From: Frankiales bacterium
Lineage (GTDB): Bacteria; Actinomycetota; Actinomycetes; Mycobacteriales; SCTD01
Direction: 5' to 3'
DNA length: 64,000 bases
Assembly: GCA_025465465.1 (NCBI GenBank)
Contig: JAODND010000036.1
Location: 5,145-69,144 of the forward strand
The notes beneath the pieces were generated by a model, which worked only from the letters and a program-made list of their open reading frames with translations, had not been told where the DNA came from and searched no databases. The position numbers and the translations under genes were made by a program. Shown here in pieces: positions 54,938 to 64,000 of this stretch (positions are counted from its first letter, which is position 1; every line of letters starts with the position of its first letter).

Positions 54938-55748
54938 GTCGCAGGAGGAACCGCCGCCGGCTCCAGAGCCGCTGGCGGTCGCGGTGGCCGACAGCCACTG
55001 CCACCTCGACATCATGGGCGGCGACGTGGCAGCCCAGCTCGCGCTGGCTCGCGAGGTCGGCATCGACACGGTCGTGCAGGTGGGCGTCGACGTGGCGAGC
55101 AGCCGGCTGTCGGCCGAGCTCGCCGGGGAGTACGACGCCGTCTGGGCGACGGTCGCCGTGCACCCGAACGAGGCGGGCCGCGGAGCAGCTACTCCCGAGG
55201 CGCTGCAGGAGATCCGGCGGCTGGCCGAGCTGCCGCAGGTCAGAGGCGTCGGCGAGACCGGGCTCGACCACTTCCGCACCGGGCCCGAGGGTCAGGGCCT
55301 GCAGGAGGAGTCGTTCCGCGCGCACATCGCGATCGCGAAGGAGACCGGCAAGGCGCTCGTCATCCACGACCGCGACGCTCACGACGACGTGCTCCGGGTG
55401 CTGCGCGAGGAGGGTGCGCCGGACGTCACGGTGTTCCACTGCTACTCCGGCGACGCGGCGATGGCGCGGCTCTGCGCCGACGCGGGCTACTACCTCTCCT
55501 TCGCCGGCCCGGTCACCTTCAAGCCCAACGACGAGCTGCGCGCCGCGGCCGCCGTCTGCCCCCAGGACCGGCTGCTCGTCGAGACCGACGCACCCTTCCT
55601 CACGCCGATGCCGTTCCGCGGGCGCCCCAATGCTCCCTACCTCATCCCCTTGACGATGCGCGCCCTCGCCATGGCGCGCGAGCAGGACCTCGACGAGCTC
55701 TGCCATGCAGTGGCCGCGAACACCCGGAGGGCGTTCTCCTTGCGCTAA
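54921..55748 (+). CDS. tatD: TatD family metal-dependent DNase/hydrolase
   Basis: It has [20 protein letters not shown] and ETDAPF motifs. The TTG start at 54921 is tentative and overlaps metG by 17 nt. Confidence 0.88.
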   Translation: MTRGSRSQEEPPPAPEPLAVAVADSHCHLDIMGGDVAAQLALAREVGIDTVVQVGVDVASSRLSAELAGEYDAVWATVAVHPNEAGRGAATPEALQEIRRLAELPQVRGVGETGLDHFRTGPEGQGLQEESFRAHIAIAKETGKALVIHDRDAHDDVLRVLREEGAPDVTVFHCYSGDAAMARLCADAGYYLSFAGPVTFKPNDELRAAAAVCPQDRLLVETDAPFLTPMPFRGRPNAPYLIPLTMRALAMAREQDLDELCHAVAANTRRAFSLR

Positions 55749-55768
55749 CTAGTCACTGAGTGCATAGT
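55748..55768. promoter_or_regulatory. imperfect 21-bp palindrome ACTAGTCACT-G-AGTGCATAGT (putative PadR operator) overlapping a -10-like TAGTAT
   Basis: 8 of 10 positions are symmetric. TAGTAT (55765..55770) ends 5 nt before the padR ATG at 55776, suggesting a leaderless transcript. Confidence 0.4.
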
Positions 55769-55775
55769 ATGCGTC

Positions 55776-56300
55776 ATGTCCGTCCCGCTCACCCTGCTCG
55801 GCCTGCTCCAGGTACGCCCGCGTCACGGCTATGACCTCAAGCGCGCCTACGACGCGCACTTCGGCCACGACCGCCCCCTCAAGCCCGGCCAGGTCTACTC
55901 GACTCTCGGGCGGCTCGAGCGGGACGGCTTCGTCGTCGTCAGCGGCACCGACCGCGACGGCGGCCCCGACCGCACGACCTACGCCGTCACGGCCGAGGGG
56001 GTGACCGACCTGGACCGCTGGTTCGCCGAGCCGGAAGGCCCCGCCGCCTACCTCCAGCCGGTGCTGTTCGCGAAGGTGGTGCTCGCGCTGCAGTCCGGCC
56101 GGGACGCCGCCCAGGTCCTGGACGCCCAGCGGGCCGAGCATCTGGTCGCGATGCGCGAGCTCACGGCCTTGAAGAAGGACGCCGACCTCGACCGGGTCCT
56201 TGGCCTCGACTTCGCGCTCTTCCACCTGGAGGCGGACCTGCGCTGGCTCGAGCACACCGCTGCCCGGCTCGACCGCCTCGGCAAGGAGCTCGCCCGATGA
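55776..56300 (+). CDS. PadR family transcriptional regulator
   Basis: The N-terminal winged helix LLGLLQVRPRHGYDLKRAYD...GQVYSTLGRLERDGFV is canonical PadR. Confidence 0.85.
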   Translation: MSVPLTLLGLLQVRPRHGYDLKRAYDAHFGHDRPLKPGQVYSTLGRLERDGFVVVSGTDRDGGPDRTTYAVTAEGVTDLDRWFAEPEGPAAYLQPVLFAKVVLALQSGRDAAQVLDAQRAEHLVAMRELTALKKDADLDRVLGLDFALFHLEADLRWLEHTAARLDRLGKELAR

Positions 56301-56974
56301 TGGAACCGCTGCTGACCGCTCGCGACCTGCACCTGTCGTTCGGTGCGTCGCCAGCGCTCGCCGGCGCGTCGGTCGACGTCGCCCCGGGGGAGATCCTCGC
56401 GCTGCTCGGACCGAGCGGCTCAGGGAAGAGCACGTTGCTGCACTGCCTCGCGGGCATCCTCGTGCCCGACAGCGGCGAGGTCGGCTACCGCGGCATCCGG
56501 CTGGACAGGCTGTCCGACGACCTGCGCTCGGAGCTGCGTCGCAGCGACTTCGGGTTCGTCTTCCAGTTCGGCTCACTGGTCCCGGAGCTGTCCGCGGTGG
56601 AGAACGTCGCCCTGCCCCTTCGGCTCGCCGGGCACAAGCGGCGTACGGCCGAAGCGCGGGCGCTCGAGTGGCTCGAGCGACTCGAGGTCGGCGAGGTCGC
56701 CCGGAAGCGGGCCGGCGAGATGTCCGGAGGCCAAGGCCAGCGGGTGGCCGTCGCCCGGGCCCTCGTCGCTGGTCCGCGGGTCGTGTTCGCCGACGAGCCC
56801 ACCGGGGCCCTCGACTCGCTCAATGGCGAGCTCGTGATGGACCTTCTCGTCGGCGCCGCTCGGGAGCAGGGCACGAGCATCGTCCTGGTCACCCACGAGC
56901 CGCGGGTCGCCGCCTACGCCGACCGCGAGGTGGTCCTGCGCGACGGGGCCCTTGCTCTGACGGTCGGCGCGTGA
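56297..56974 (+). CDS. ABC transporter ATP-binding protein (MacB/LolD/FtsE-like)
   Basis: ATGA overlap with padR. It has Walker A (GPSGSGKST), the signature MSGGQGQRVAVARAL and Walker B (VVFADEPTGALD). Confidence 0.9.
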   Translation: MMEPLLTARDLHLSFGASPALAGASVDVAPGEILALLGPSGSGKSTLLHCLAGILVPDSGEVGYRGIRLDRLSDDLRSELRRSDFGFVFQFGSLVPELSAVENVALPLRLAGHKRRTAEARALEWLERLEVGEVARKRAGEMSGGQGQRVAVARALVAGPRVVFADEPTGALDSLNGELVMDLLVGAAREQGTSIVLVTHEPRVAAYADREVVLRDGALALTVGA

Positions 56975-59283
56975 CCCCCTGGCTGCTCGGCGCCCGGTTG
57001 GCTCTCACGGCCAACCGCATGCGCCTCGTCGCGACCACGATCGCTGTGTCGTTCACCGTCGCCTTCCTGCTCGCCGCGATGGGTGCCCTGCCGTCACGGC
57101 AGGCGAAGCTCGACCGCCTCGACGCCCGCAACGTCGTGCAGGTCGACAGCCAGGTCGCCACCGGTATGACTGCTCCGGCCGCCGTGGTCCGCCTCGAATC
57201 GCAGGTGGGCACCTACCGCGGCCGTCCGCTCACGGTGCGCTTCGTCAGCGCTGAGCCGGGAGGGCCGCTGCCCCCCGGTCTGACCCGCTACCCGCGGGCC
57301 GGTGAGGTCATCGCCTCGCCCGACCTCGCGGACGTGCTCCGGGGTCATCGCGCGGGCGAGCTCGCCACCCGCGTCCCCGGACACCTGGTGGGCACGGTCG
57401 CCGAACCCGGTCTGGCGGGTCCCCACGAGCTGTACGCGTATGTCGGGGTGGCCGGCTTCGACCACGAGACACCGCAGGTGCAGTCCTATGGATCTCACTA
57501 CGTGCGGCAGCCGGCGCCGAGGGAGCTGCGGATCGCCGCGTGGCTGGGGGCCCTGGGGCTGCTGCTCCCTGTGCTGGTGCTCGTGGCGACCGCGACCCGG
57601 TTGTCGGCCAGCAGCCGCGACCGTCGACTGGCTGCGCTGCGGCTCGTCGGTGCCACTCCGAAGCAGGCCAGCGCCATCGCCGGAGCCGAGGGCCTGGTGT
57701 CCGGGATCCTCGGCACCGCAGGGGGTCTCGTCGCCTTCTGGCTGCTGCGCGGGCCGGCGTGCGCACTGCTCCCCTTTCCCGAGGGGGTCTATGCGCAGGA
57801 CCTGATGCCGCCTCTCACGATGCTGCTCGCGGTGCTCGTCGGCGTGCCCCTTCTGGCTGCCGTCTCCGGCGTCCTGGCACTGCGCCGGGTCGTGACCAGC
57901 CCCCTGGGTGTCCGCCGCACGGCCCGCGTCAAGACCGCGGCGTGGTGGCGGCTCGCGCCCCTGCTGAGCGGGCTCGCGATGCTGATCGTCCTCCGGGTGA
58001 ACCACACGGCGTGGCCCCTCGGGACGCCTCCTGGGACGACGCTGCTGCTCCTGGGTGGCGGACTGACTCTGGTCGGCGTCGCCGTCGCGGCCCCCGTCCT
58101 GTCGCAGCTCGGCGGCCGGCTGCTCGGGCGCCTGCCCGGGCTCAGTGCCTCGCTTGCCGCCCGGCGCATCGACGCCGACCCGACGGCGTCGGCGCGTGTG
58201 GTCACGGGGATGGTGCTGGTCCTGTTCGTGTCGGCCTGGCTGCTGGCGTTCCTCCCCGTCCTGGAGAGCAGCCGCGACAGCGGCGAGAAGGAGCTCCTCT
58301 CTTATGTGTCCGCAGGGACGGTCATCACTGCCTCCGACGTGCGGAAGCGGCCGGATCTCGCAGCGGTGCAGCGCGTCCCGGGTGTCCGGGCCGTGGCGGT
58401 TCTCGGCTATGCGGCTCTCACACCGCCGGGCTGGGTGAGCGACGACGGCTCCGACCCGGCTCGCACCTCGCACACCGTCGACGTCGGCTCCTGCACGGCG
58501 CTCGCCAGGGCGACGCGCCGGCACCTTCCGTGCGGCCAGGGAACGGTGTTCCGGGTCTCGGTGTCCGGGGCACCCGACACCGCATCAGGGTCGCCGCTGG
58601 CGGAGGGGGAGCGGGTCGGCGTCCTCGACAGCCAGGGTGTGGTGGCGGCGCACCTCGTGCTGCCAGCGCGCATCCCCGAGCTGCCCATCCCGGCATACTC
58701 CGGTCTGCTGCAGGGTGAGCTGCTCGTCGACCCGGCCCTGCTCCCCGCGGCGCCGAGCAGGCTGGTGGTGACCACCGACGGGCGTGCCGACACCGTGGAG
58801 AACGTCCGCGCGGTGCTGCCACTCGACCTCGCCATGAGTGCCCAGACGGTGGCGGAGCGCGTCAAGGCTGGCGCCTCGGTCTACCTCGGCTACCGGCGGG
58901 CCGTGAAGATCGGCATCGTCCTCGCGCTGCTGGTCGGAGCCGCCTCGCTCGCCGTCACGACAGCGGACGCAGTGGCGGAACGACGGCGCAGCCTCGCCAC
59001 GCTGGTCGCCCTCGGCACGCCGCTGCGGGTGCTGCGTCGGACCGTTCTCCTGCAGACCGCAGCGCCCATGCTCAGCAACGTGGTGGTCACGCTGGCGGCG
59101 GCCGCGATGGCGAGCGCCTGCTACCTCGGGGTGACGACATCGGTCCCCACGGGCGTGCCGCTGCCGTGGGGATCGTGGGCGCTGACCGCCCTGGCCGCCG
59201 TCGTTGCGGTGCTGCTGGCCACTGCCGCCACCCTTCCGCTGGTGTCGGCTGTGGGTCGACCGGAGGCCCTGCGCGCAGAATGA
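56971..59283 (+). CDS. FtsX-like ABC transporter permease (two FtsX-type TM bundles, 770 aa)
   Basis: GTG at 56971 overlaps the ATPase stop (GTGA). There are TM clusters near the N-terminal third and at the C-terminus, with large extracytoplasmic regions between them. Confidence 0.8.
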   Translation: MTPWLLGARLALTANRMRLVATTIAVSFTVAFLLAAMGALPSRQAKLDRLDARNVVQVDSQVATGMTAPAAVVRLESQVGTYRGRPLTVRFVSAEPGGPLPPGLTRYPRAGEVIASPDLADVLRGHRAGELATRVPGHLVGTVAEPGLAGPHELYAYVGVAGFDHETPQVQSYGSHYVRQPAPRELRIAAWLGALGLLLPVLVLVATATRLSASSRDRRLAALRLVGATPKQASAIAGAEGLVSGILGTAGGLVAFWLLRGPACALLPFPEGVYAQDLMPPLTMLLAVLVGVPLLAAVSGVLALRRVVTSPLGVRRTARVKTAAWWRLAPLLSGLAMLIVLRVNHTAWPLGTPPGTTLLLLGGGLTLVGVAVAAPVLSQLGGRLLGRLPGLSASLAARRIDADPTASARVVTGMVLVLFVSAWLLAFLPVLESSRDSGEKELLSYVSAGTVITASDVRKRPDLAAVQRVPGVRAVAVLGYAALTPPGWVSDDGSDPARTSHTVDVGSCTALARATRRHLPCGQGTVFRVSVSGAPDTASGSPLAEGERVGVLDSQGVVAAHLVLPARIPELPIPAYSGLLQGELLVDPALLPAAPSRLVVTTDGRADTVENVRAVLPLDLAMSAQTVAERVKAGASVYLGYRRAVKIGIVLALLVGAASLAVTTADAVAERRRSLATLVALGTPLRVLRRTVLLQTAAPMLSNVVVTLAAAAMASACYLGVTTSVPTGVPLPWGSWALTALAAVVAVLLATAATLPLVSAVGRPEALRAE

Positions 59284-59320
59284 GAGCGGGTTCACACCTC
59301 GACCCTGAGGAACCCCCTTT

Positions 59321-59342
59321 GCGGTGCGCCACCTGCGGTTTT
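59321..59342 (+). terminator. weak terminator-like hairpin GCGGTG-CGC-CACC(T)GC followed by GGTTTT
   Basis: It lies 38 nt after the permease stop. The stem is short and bulged and the T-run is only 4 nt. A second hairpin (GGGTT...AACCC, 59288..59315) precedes it. Confidence 0.25.
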
Positions 59343-59474
59343 GGGTTGTCCACAGGCTGACGCGCTGTCCGAGATGTCCACCTTGGGCGATCTGAGAATT
59401 TGGCGTGTCGCACCGGCTCCGTTACGTTCCCGAGACATCCGCCGGGGTCGGGATCGTCCCAGGCGGTGCGGGGG

Positions 59475-59492
59475 GCCGGTCACATGACCGGC
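59475..59492. promoter_or_regulatory. 18-bp palindrome GCCGGTCA-CA-TGACCGGC in the rpfB leader
   Basis: Perfect 8-bp arms. It contains GTCACA, the core of the M. tuberculosis MtrA box as I recall it. It lies 44-74 nt upstream of the candidate rpfB starts. Confidence 0.3.
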
Positions 59493-59535
59493 TCTCGCGC
59501 TGCGGCCCTCGGCCGGCAGGCACCGCACCGTCACC

Positions 59536-60663
59536 GTGCCCGGGAAGCTCGAGCATTGGTGTCGTGTGAGCTACCGCTCCCTCCTCGTCCGCCCCGCCGC
59601 CCTCGCGGTCGCCTTCCTCGCCGCATGGAGCGGCCAGGCTGCCTACGCCGCCTCCGCCAGGACGGTCGCTGTCACGGTGGACGGGCAGCGCACGACGGTG
59701 CGCACCCACGGTGCGACGGTCGGCGACGCGCTCCGCGCGGCGCACCTCGCCGTCGGGACGCACGACCTGCTCGCCCCGGACGCCTCGACGCGGCTGACCG
59801 GCCGCACCACGGTCGTGCTGCGACGGGGTCGCGAGATGGAGCTGACCGTCGACGGCCAACCGCGCACCGTGTGGGTGACCGCGATGTCGGTCAACGAGGC
59901 CCTCGACCAGATCGGGTTGCGCACCAACGGCGCGCTGCTGTCGGCTGACCGCTCGCGCTCCATCCCGCTCAAGGGGTTCTCCCTCGACATCCGCACCCGC
60001 AAGTCGGTGCAGCTGCTCGACGCCGGCAAGGTCCGCCGCTTCTCGACCAACGCGCTCACGGTCCAGCAGGCACTGCACGACGCGAAGGTGTCGCTGCACC
60101 GCAGCGACTCGCTGTCGGTCCTGCGCCGCGCGTCGGTGCACGACGGCATGGTCATCCGCATCACCCGCATCCGCGGCACCCAGGTCGGCGAGGACTTCGC
60201 GATCCCGTTCGCGACGGTGCGCAAGGCAGACGGCTCGATGTACACCGGCGTCACCAAGGTCATGCGCGAGGGTCGCGTCGGCGTGATCCACCGCGTCTAC
60301 AACCTGAAGTACGTCAACGGCCGGCTCGCCCGGAAGCTGCTCGCGAAGCCGTCGGTCCGCACCGCGGCACCCATCACCGAGATCATCGCCTACGGCACGA
60401 GGCAGCGGCCCTACAGCGTCGCCGGCGCCGATGGCCTCAACTGGGGAGCGCTCGCCAACTGCGAGTCGGGCGGCAACCCCCGCGCGGTGAGCAGCGGAGG
60501 CACCTACCGTGGCCTCTACCAGTTCACGATGGGCACCTGGCACTCCATGGGCGGCAGCGGCGACCCGATCGACGCGTCGTCGGGCGAGCAGACCTACCGT
60601 GCCAAGCTGCTCTACCAGCAGCGCGGCCGAAGTCCCTGGCCGAACTGCGGTCGTTACCTCTGA
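59536..60663 (+). CDS. rpfB: resuscitation-promoting factor RpfB (3x DUF348 - G5 - Rpf transglycosylase-like domain)
   Basis: The C-terminus [29 protein letters not shown] is the Rpf catalytic domain, preceded by G5 and DUF348 repeats. The signal peptide fits best with a GTG start at 59566 ([28 protein letters not shown]). Confidence 0.9.
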   Translation: MPGKLEHWCRVSYRSLLVRPAALAVAFLAAWSGQAAYAASARTVAVTVDGQRTTVRTHGATVGDALRAAHLAVGTHDLLAPDASTRLTGRTTVVLRRGREMELTVDGQPRTVWVTAMSVNEALDQIGLRTNGALLSADRSRSIPLKGFSLDIRTRKSVQLLDAGKVRRFSTNALTVQQALHDAKVSLHRSDSLSVLRRASVHDGMVIRITRIRGTQVGEDFAIPFATVRKADGSMYTGVTKVMREGRVGVIHRVYNLKYVNGRLARKLLAKPSVRTAAPITEIIAYGTRQRPYSVAGADGLNWGALANCESGGNPRAVSSGGTYRGLYQFTMGTWHSMGGSGDPIDASSGEQTYRAKLLYQQRGRSPWPNCGRYL

Positions 60664-61490
60664 GCCTGCTGACGGCTCCTGACGTCCGGCGGCTCGCCGA
60701 GGCGCTGGACCTCCGTCCGACCAAGCAGCTCGGGCAGAACTTCGTCATCGACCCCAACACCGTGCGGCGCCTCGTGCGCACAGCGGGGGTCGAGGCGCAC
60801 GACGTGGTGGTCGAGGTCGGTCCCGGTCTCGGGTCGCTCACCTTGGGCCTGCTCCCGGAGTGCGCCCGGGTCGTCGCCGTCGAGATCGACCCGGCCCTCG
60901 CGACCCAGCTGCCACTCACGGTTGCCGAGCGCGCACCTGAGCACGCCGACCGACTCGAGGTGGTGCTCCAGGACGCGCTCCAGCTCACCGCCGTACCAGG
61001 TCCCGACCCGACGGCCTTCGTCGCGAACCTGCCCTACAACGTGGCGGTCCCCGTGCTGCTCCGGCTGCTGGAGCACCTGCCATCGCTGCGGAGGGGCCTC
61101 GTCATGGTGCAGGCGGAGGTCGCCGACCGGCTGGCGGCGCCGCCGGGTTCGAAGACCTACGGGGTGCCCTCCGTGAAGGCCGCCTGGTATGCCGAGGTGA
61201 CCAAGGCGGGCTCGGTCGGGCGCAACGTGTTCTGGCCGGCGCCGAACGTCGACAGCGGCCTGGTCGCCTTCACCCGTCGCGAGCCACCGGTCGGCGACCG
61301 CAAGGCCGTCTTTGCCGTCATCGATGCGGCCTTCGCGCAACGACGCAAGACCCTCCGTGCCGCCCTCGCCGGCTGGGCCGGGTCGCCGGCCGCCGCCGAG
61401 GACCGTCTCCGCGCCGCCGGCATCGACCCGTCCGCGCGCGGAGAGACGCTCGGCGTCGAGGAGTTCGCCCGGCTCGTTAGTCTGCAGTGA
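60660..61490 (+). CDS. rsmA: 16S rRNA (adenine1518/1519-N6)-dimethyltransferase RsmA/KsgA (5' end uncertain)
   Basis: It has the [14 protein letters not shown] motif and NLPYNVA. The conserved N-terminal [11 protein letters not shown] lies upstream of the first canonical start (GTG 60762). Only in-frame CTG codons (60660, 60666, 60669) are available there. Confidence 0.85.
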   Translation: MSLLTAPDVRRLAEALDLRPTKQLGQNFVIDPNTVRRLVRTAGVEAHDVVVEVGPGLGSLTLGLLPECARVVAVEIDPALATQLPLTVAERAPEHADRLEVVLQDALQLTAVPGPDPTAFVANLPYNVAVPVLLRLLEHLPSLRRGLVMVQAEVADRLAAPPGSKTYGVPSVKAAWYAEVTKAGSVGRNVFWPAPNVDSGLVAFTRREPPVGDRKAVFAVIDAAFAQRRKTLRAALAGWAGSPAAAEDRLRAAGIDPSARGETLGVEEFARLVSLQ

Positions 61491-62413
61491 TGCCCTCTCG
61501 CCCCCCGGTCGACACCGTCACGGTGCGGGCTCCGGCGAAGGTCAACCTGCACCTCTCGGTCGGGCCGCTGCGTGGGGACGGCTACCACGACCTGACTACG
61601 GTCTTCCATGCGATCGGGCTCTTCGACGACGTGACCGTCACCCGCGCGGACGCCCTCACCGTCGCGGTCGAGGGCGAGGGCGCCGACGACGTCCCCGTCG
61701 ACCAGAGCAACCTCGCGGCCAAGGCGGTGCTCGCCCTCGCCAGGAGCGCCGGCGTGCCGCCGGACGTTGCCCTCCACATCCGCAAGGGGATTCCGGTCGC
61801 CGGCGGCTGTGCGGGCGGCTCGGCCGACGCCGCTGCCGCGCTCGTCGGCTGCGACGCGCTCTGGGGGCTCGGCCTCGGTCGCGACCAGCTCACCGAGGTC
61901 GCCGCGGGGATCGGCAGCGACGTCCCCTTCAGCCTCCACGGAGGCACGGCGCTCGGCACCGGGCGCGGTGACCGACTCACGGCGGTCCTGGGCGCCGGCT
62001 CCTACTCGTGGGTGCTCGCCCTCGCCGACGGCGGCCTGTCGACTCCCGAGGTGTACGCCGAGCTCGACCGCCTTCGTGAGACCGGGCCGGTCACCGTGGT
62101 CAGCGACGCCGCGGAGGTGCTGTCGGCGCTGCGGCAGGGCTCGCCCGAGCAGCTCGGACAGGTGCTCTCCAACGACCTGCAGCCGGCGGCAGTGGCCCTC
62201 AAGCCGGAGCTGCGCAGGCTGCTCGAGGCAGGTGACGAGCTCGGCGCACTCGGGGGTGTCGTCAGCGGAAGTGGTCCCACCGTGGCCTTCCTCGCCCGCG
62301 ACGACGCCCACGCGACAGCCCTCGCCGCGGCCCTCGCCGGGCACGGGGTCTGCCGCACCGTGCGGGTCGCCGACGGCCCGGTTCCCGGCGCCCGCGTGAT
62401 CAGGACGCTCTAG
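61487..62413 (+). CDS. ispE: 4-(cytidine 5'-diphospho)-2-C-methyl-D-erythritol kinase
   Basis: It has APAKVNLHL, the GHMP motif [16 protein letters not shown], and GSGPT. The start (GTG 61487 or ATG 61490) overlaps the rsmA stop. Confidence 0.9.
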   Translation: MMPSRPPVDTVTVRAPAKVNLHLSVGPLRGDGYHDLTTVFHAIGLFDDVTVTRADALTVAVEGEGADDVPVDQSNLAAKAVLALARSAGVPPDVALHIRKGIPVAGGCAGGSADAAAALVGCDALWGLGLGRDQLTEVAAGIGSDVPFSLHGGTALGTGRGDRLTAVLGAGSYSWVLALADGGLSTPEVYAELDRLRETGPVTVVSDAAEVLSALRQGSPEQLGQVLSNDLQPAAVALKPELRRLLEAGDELGALGGVVSGSGPTVAFLARDDAHATALAAALAGHGVCRTVRVADGPVPGARVIRTL

Positions 62414-64000
62414 TGGCCAACCTCATCAACCTCGAGGGCGTCACCGTCGCCCACGGCACCAAGCTGCTCCTGGATGAGGTGTCCCTCGGCATCTCCGACA
62501 CCGATCGCATCGGCGTCGTGGGCCGCAACGGCGGCGGCAAGACGACGCTCCTGAAGACGCTGCTGAAGGTCGAGGAGCCGCACTCCGGCCGCGTCACCCA
62601 CGCCGGCTCGCTGCGAGTCGGGGTGCTGACACAGGACGTGCGCATCGACGAGGCGCTGACCGCGCACCAGGCCATCCTCGGCGACACCGCCGAGCACACC
62701 TGGGCCGGTGACGCCCGGGTCCGCGAGGTCCTCGACGGCCTCGGCATGCACGAGGTCGGCCTCGACGCCGTCGTCGGCACGATGTCCGGAGGGGAACGGC
62801 GCCGGGTCGCCCTCGCCGCGCTGCTCATCGGCGAGCACGACCTGCTGGTGCTCGACGAGCCGACCAACCACCTCGACGTCGAAGGCGTCGCCTGGCTGGC
62901 GGCGTGGCTCAAGCAGCGCCGCGGCGCACACGTCGTCGTGACGCACGACCGCTGGTTCCTCGACGAGGTCAACGAGGCGACGTGGGAGGTGCACGACGGC
63001 AAGGTCGACGCCTATGAGGGGGGCTACTCGGCCTACGTCCTCGCCCGCGCCGAGCGCGACCGGATCGCCTCCGTCTCCGAGCAGAAGCGCGTGCAGCTGG
63101 CGCGCAAGGAGCTCGCGTGGCTGCGCCGAGGGCCGCCCGCGAGGACCAGCAAGCCGAAGTTTCGCATCGACGCGGCCAACGCCCTCATCGCCGACGAGCC
63201 GCCGCCGCGCGACGACATCGCGTTGCAGCGGTTCGCGACCGCGCGGCTCGGCAAGCAGGTCTACGACGTCGAGGACGTGTCGCTGTCGTTCGGCGACCGG
63301 CTGCTGTTCGACCACGTCACCTGGCGAGTCGGCCCGGGCGACCGCATCGGGATCGTCGGCGTCAACGGCGCGGGCAAGTCGACGCTGCTCAAGATGCTGA
63401 TGGGTCAGCAGCAGCCGGCGGCCGGCACCGTCAGGGTCGGGCAGACCGTCAAGCCGGCCTACCTGTCCCAGGAGGTTGCCGAGCTCGACCCGATGCTCCG
63501 GGTCCTCGAGGCGGTCGAGGCCGTGGCGAAGCAGGTCGACCTCGGCGGCAAGCCGGTGGGCGCGTCGTCACTGTGCGACCGCTTCGGCTTCACCGGCAAC
63601 GCGCAGTGGACCCGCGTCGGCGACCTGTCCGGTGGGGAGCGCCGCCGGCTGCAACTGCTCCGGCTGCTCATGGGCGAGCCCAACGTGCTGCTGCTCGACG
63701 AGCCGACCAACGACCTCGACATCGACACCCTGCAGGCCCTCGAAGACGTCCTCGACGGCTGGCCGGGCACGCTGCTCGTGGTCAGTCACGACCGCTACTT
63801 CCTCGAGCGGACCACGACGGTCACGTCCTCGCTGATGGGCGACGGCACCGTGAAGGCACTGCCCGGTGGGGTCGACGAGTATCTCCAGAAGCGGGTGCGC
63901 CGGGCACCGGAAGCCCCTGCTACCAAGGCGACGACCAAGGGAAAGAGCGGCGACTCGAGGCAGGCCAGGAAGGACCTGCAGAAGCTCGAGCGCCAGCTGG
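62413..64000 (+). CDS. ABC-F family ATPase (two ABC domains with inter-domain linker), 3' end outside the window
   Basis: GTG at 62413 overlaps the ispE TAG by 1 nt, and the frame is open to 64000. There are two Walker A motifs (GRNGGGKTT; GVNGAGKST), two signatures (MSGGERRRV; LSGGERRRL), two Walker B motifs (LLVLDEPTNHLD; LLLLDEPTNDLD) and no TM segments. It is not in the ORF track because no stop falls inside the window. Confidence 0.9.
   Translation, partial: MANLINLEGVTVAHGTKLLLDEVSLGISDTDRIGVVGRNGGGKTTLLKTLLKVEEPHSGRVTHAGSLRVGVLTQDVRIDEALTAHQAILGDTAEHTWAGDARVREVLDGLGMHEVGLDAVVGTMSGGERRRVALAALLIGEHDLLVLDEPTNHLDVEGVAWLAAWLKQRRGAHVVVTHDRWFLDEVNEATWEVHDGKVDAYEGGYSAYVLARAERDRIASVSEQKRVQLARKELAWLRRGPPARTSKPKFRIDAANALIADEPPPRDDIALQRFATARLGKQVYDVEDVSLSFGDRLLFDHVTWRVGPGDRIGIVGVNGAGKSTLLKMLMGQQQPAAGTVRVGQTVKPAYLSQEVAELDPMLRVLEAVEAVAKQVDLGGKPVGASSLCDRFGFTGNAQWTRVGDLSGGERRRLQLLRLLMGEPNVLLLDEPTNDLDIDTLQALEDVLDGWPGTLLVVSHDRYFLERTTTVTSSLMGDGTVKALPGGVDEYLQKRVRRAPEAPATKATTKGKSGDSRQARKDLQKLERQL

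Overview
This is 64 kb of high-GC Actinomycetota chromosome. It is densely coding: I call about 70 CDS and 2 tRNAs. I found no rRNA, CRISPR array, transposase, integrase or phage genes. Most long ORFs in the six-frame track that lie antisense to these genes are Arg/Pro/Gly-rich shadow frames, and I discarded them.

Gene order follows conserved actinobacterial core neighbourhoods that I recognise from M. tuberculosis. One is the XPB helicase plus its large partner and a cold-shock protein (Rv0861c-Rv0871 region). The other runs mscL, Rv0991c-like zinc-ribbon protein, 5-formyl-THF cyclo-ligase, galU, moeA/glp, rimJ, membrane protein, tRNA-Ala, pmt, rsmI, metG, tatD, rpfB, ksgA, ispE (Rv0985c-Rv1011 region).

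Lineage-specific inserts interrupt this core:
- an SPFH plus zinc-ribbon pair
- a Liv-type ABC transporter with a fused permease/ATPase
- MarR-MFS, TetR-cupin and PadR-ABC-FtsX modules
- a HAMP-GAF-GGDEF cyclase
- a UdgX-like uracil-DNA glycosylase coupled to a hotdog-fold protein
- a CHAP hydrolase

I see no clear-cut defence island or mobile element. The best candidates for under-described biology are:
- the XPB helicase operon, whose 760-aa partner carries an XPB-N-terminal-like domain and a WYL-like C-terminus
- the translationally coupled SPFH-GYF / double zinc-ribbon membrane pair
- the UdgX-like/hotdog pair
- the glp-rimJ-membrane protein trio
- the rpfB-ksgA-ispE operon, which has a structured leader and a ksgA with no canonical start codon

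All functional calls come from reading the translated ORFs and recalling family motifs. No database search was run. Start codons are often GTG/TTG and several are uncertain.
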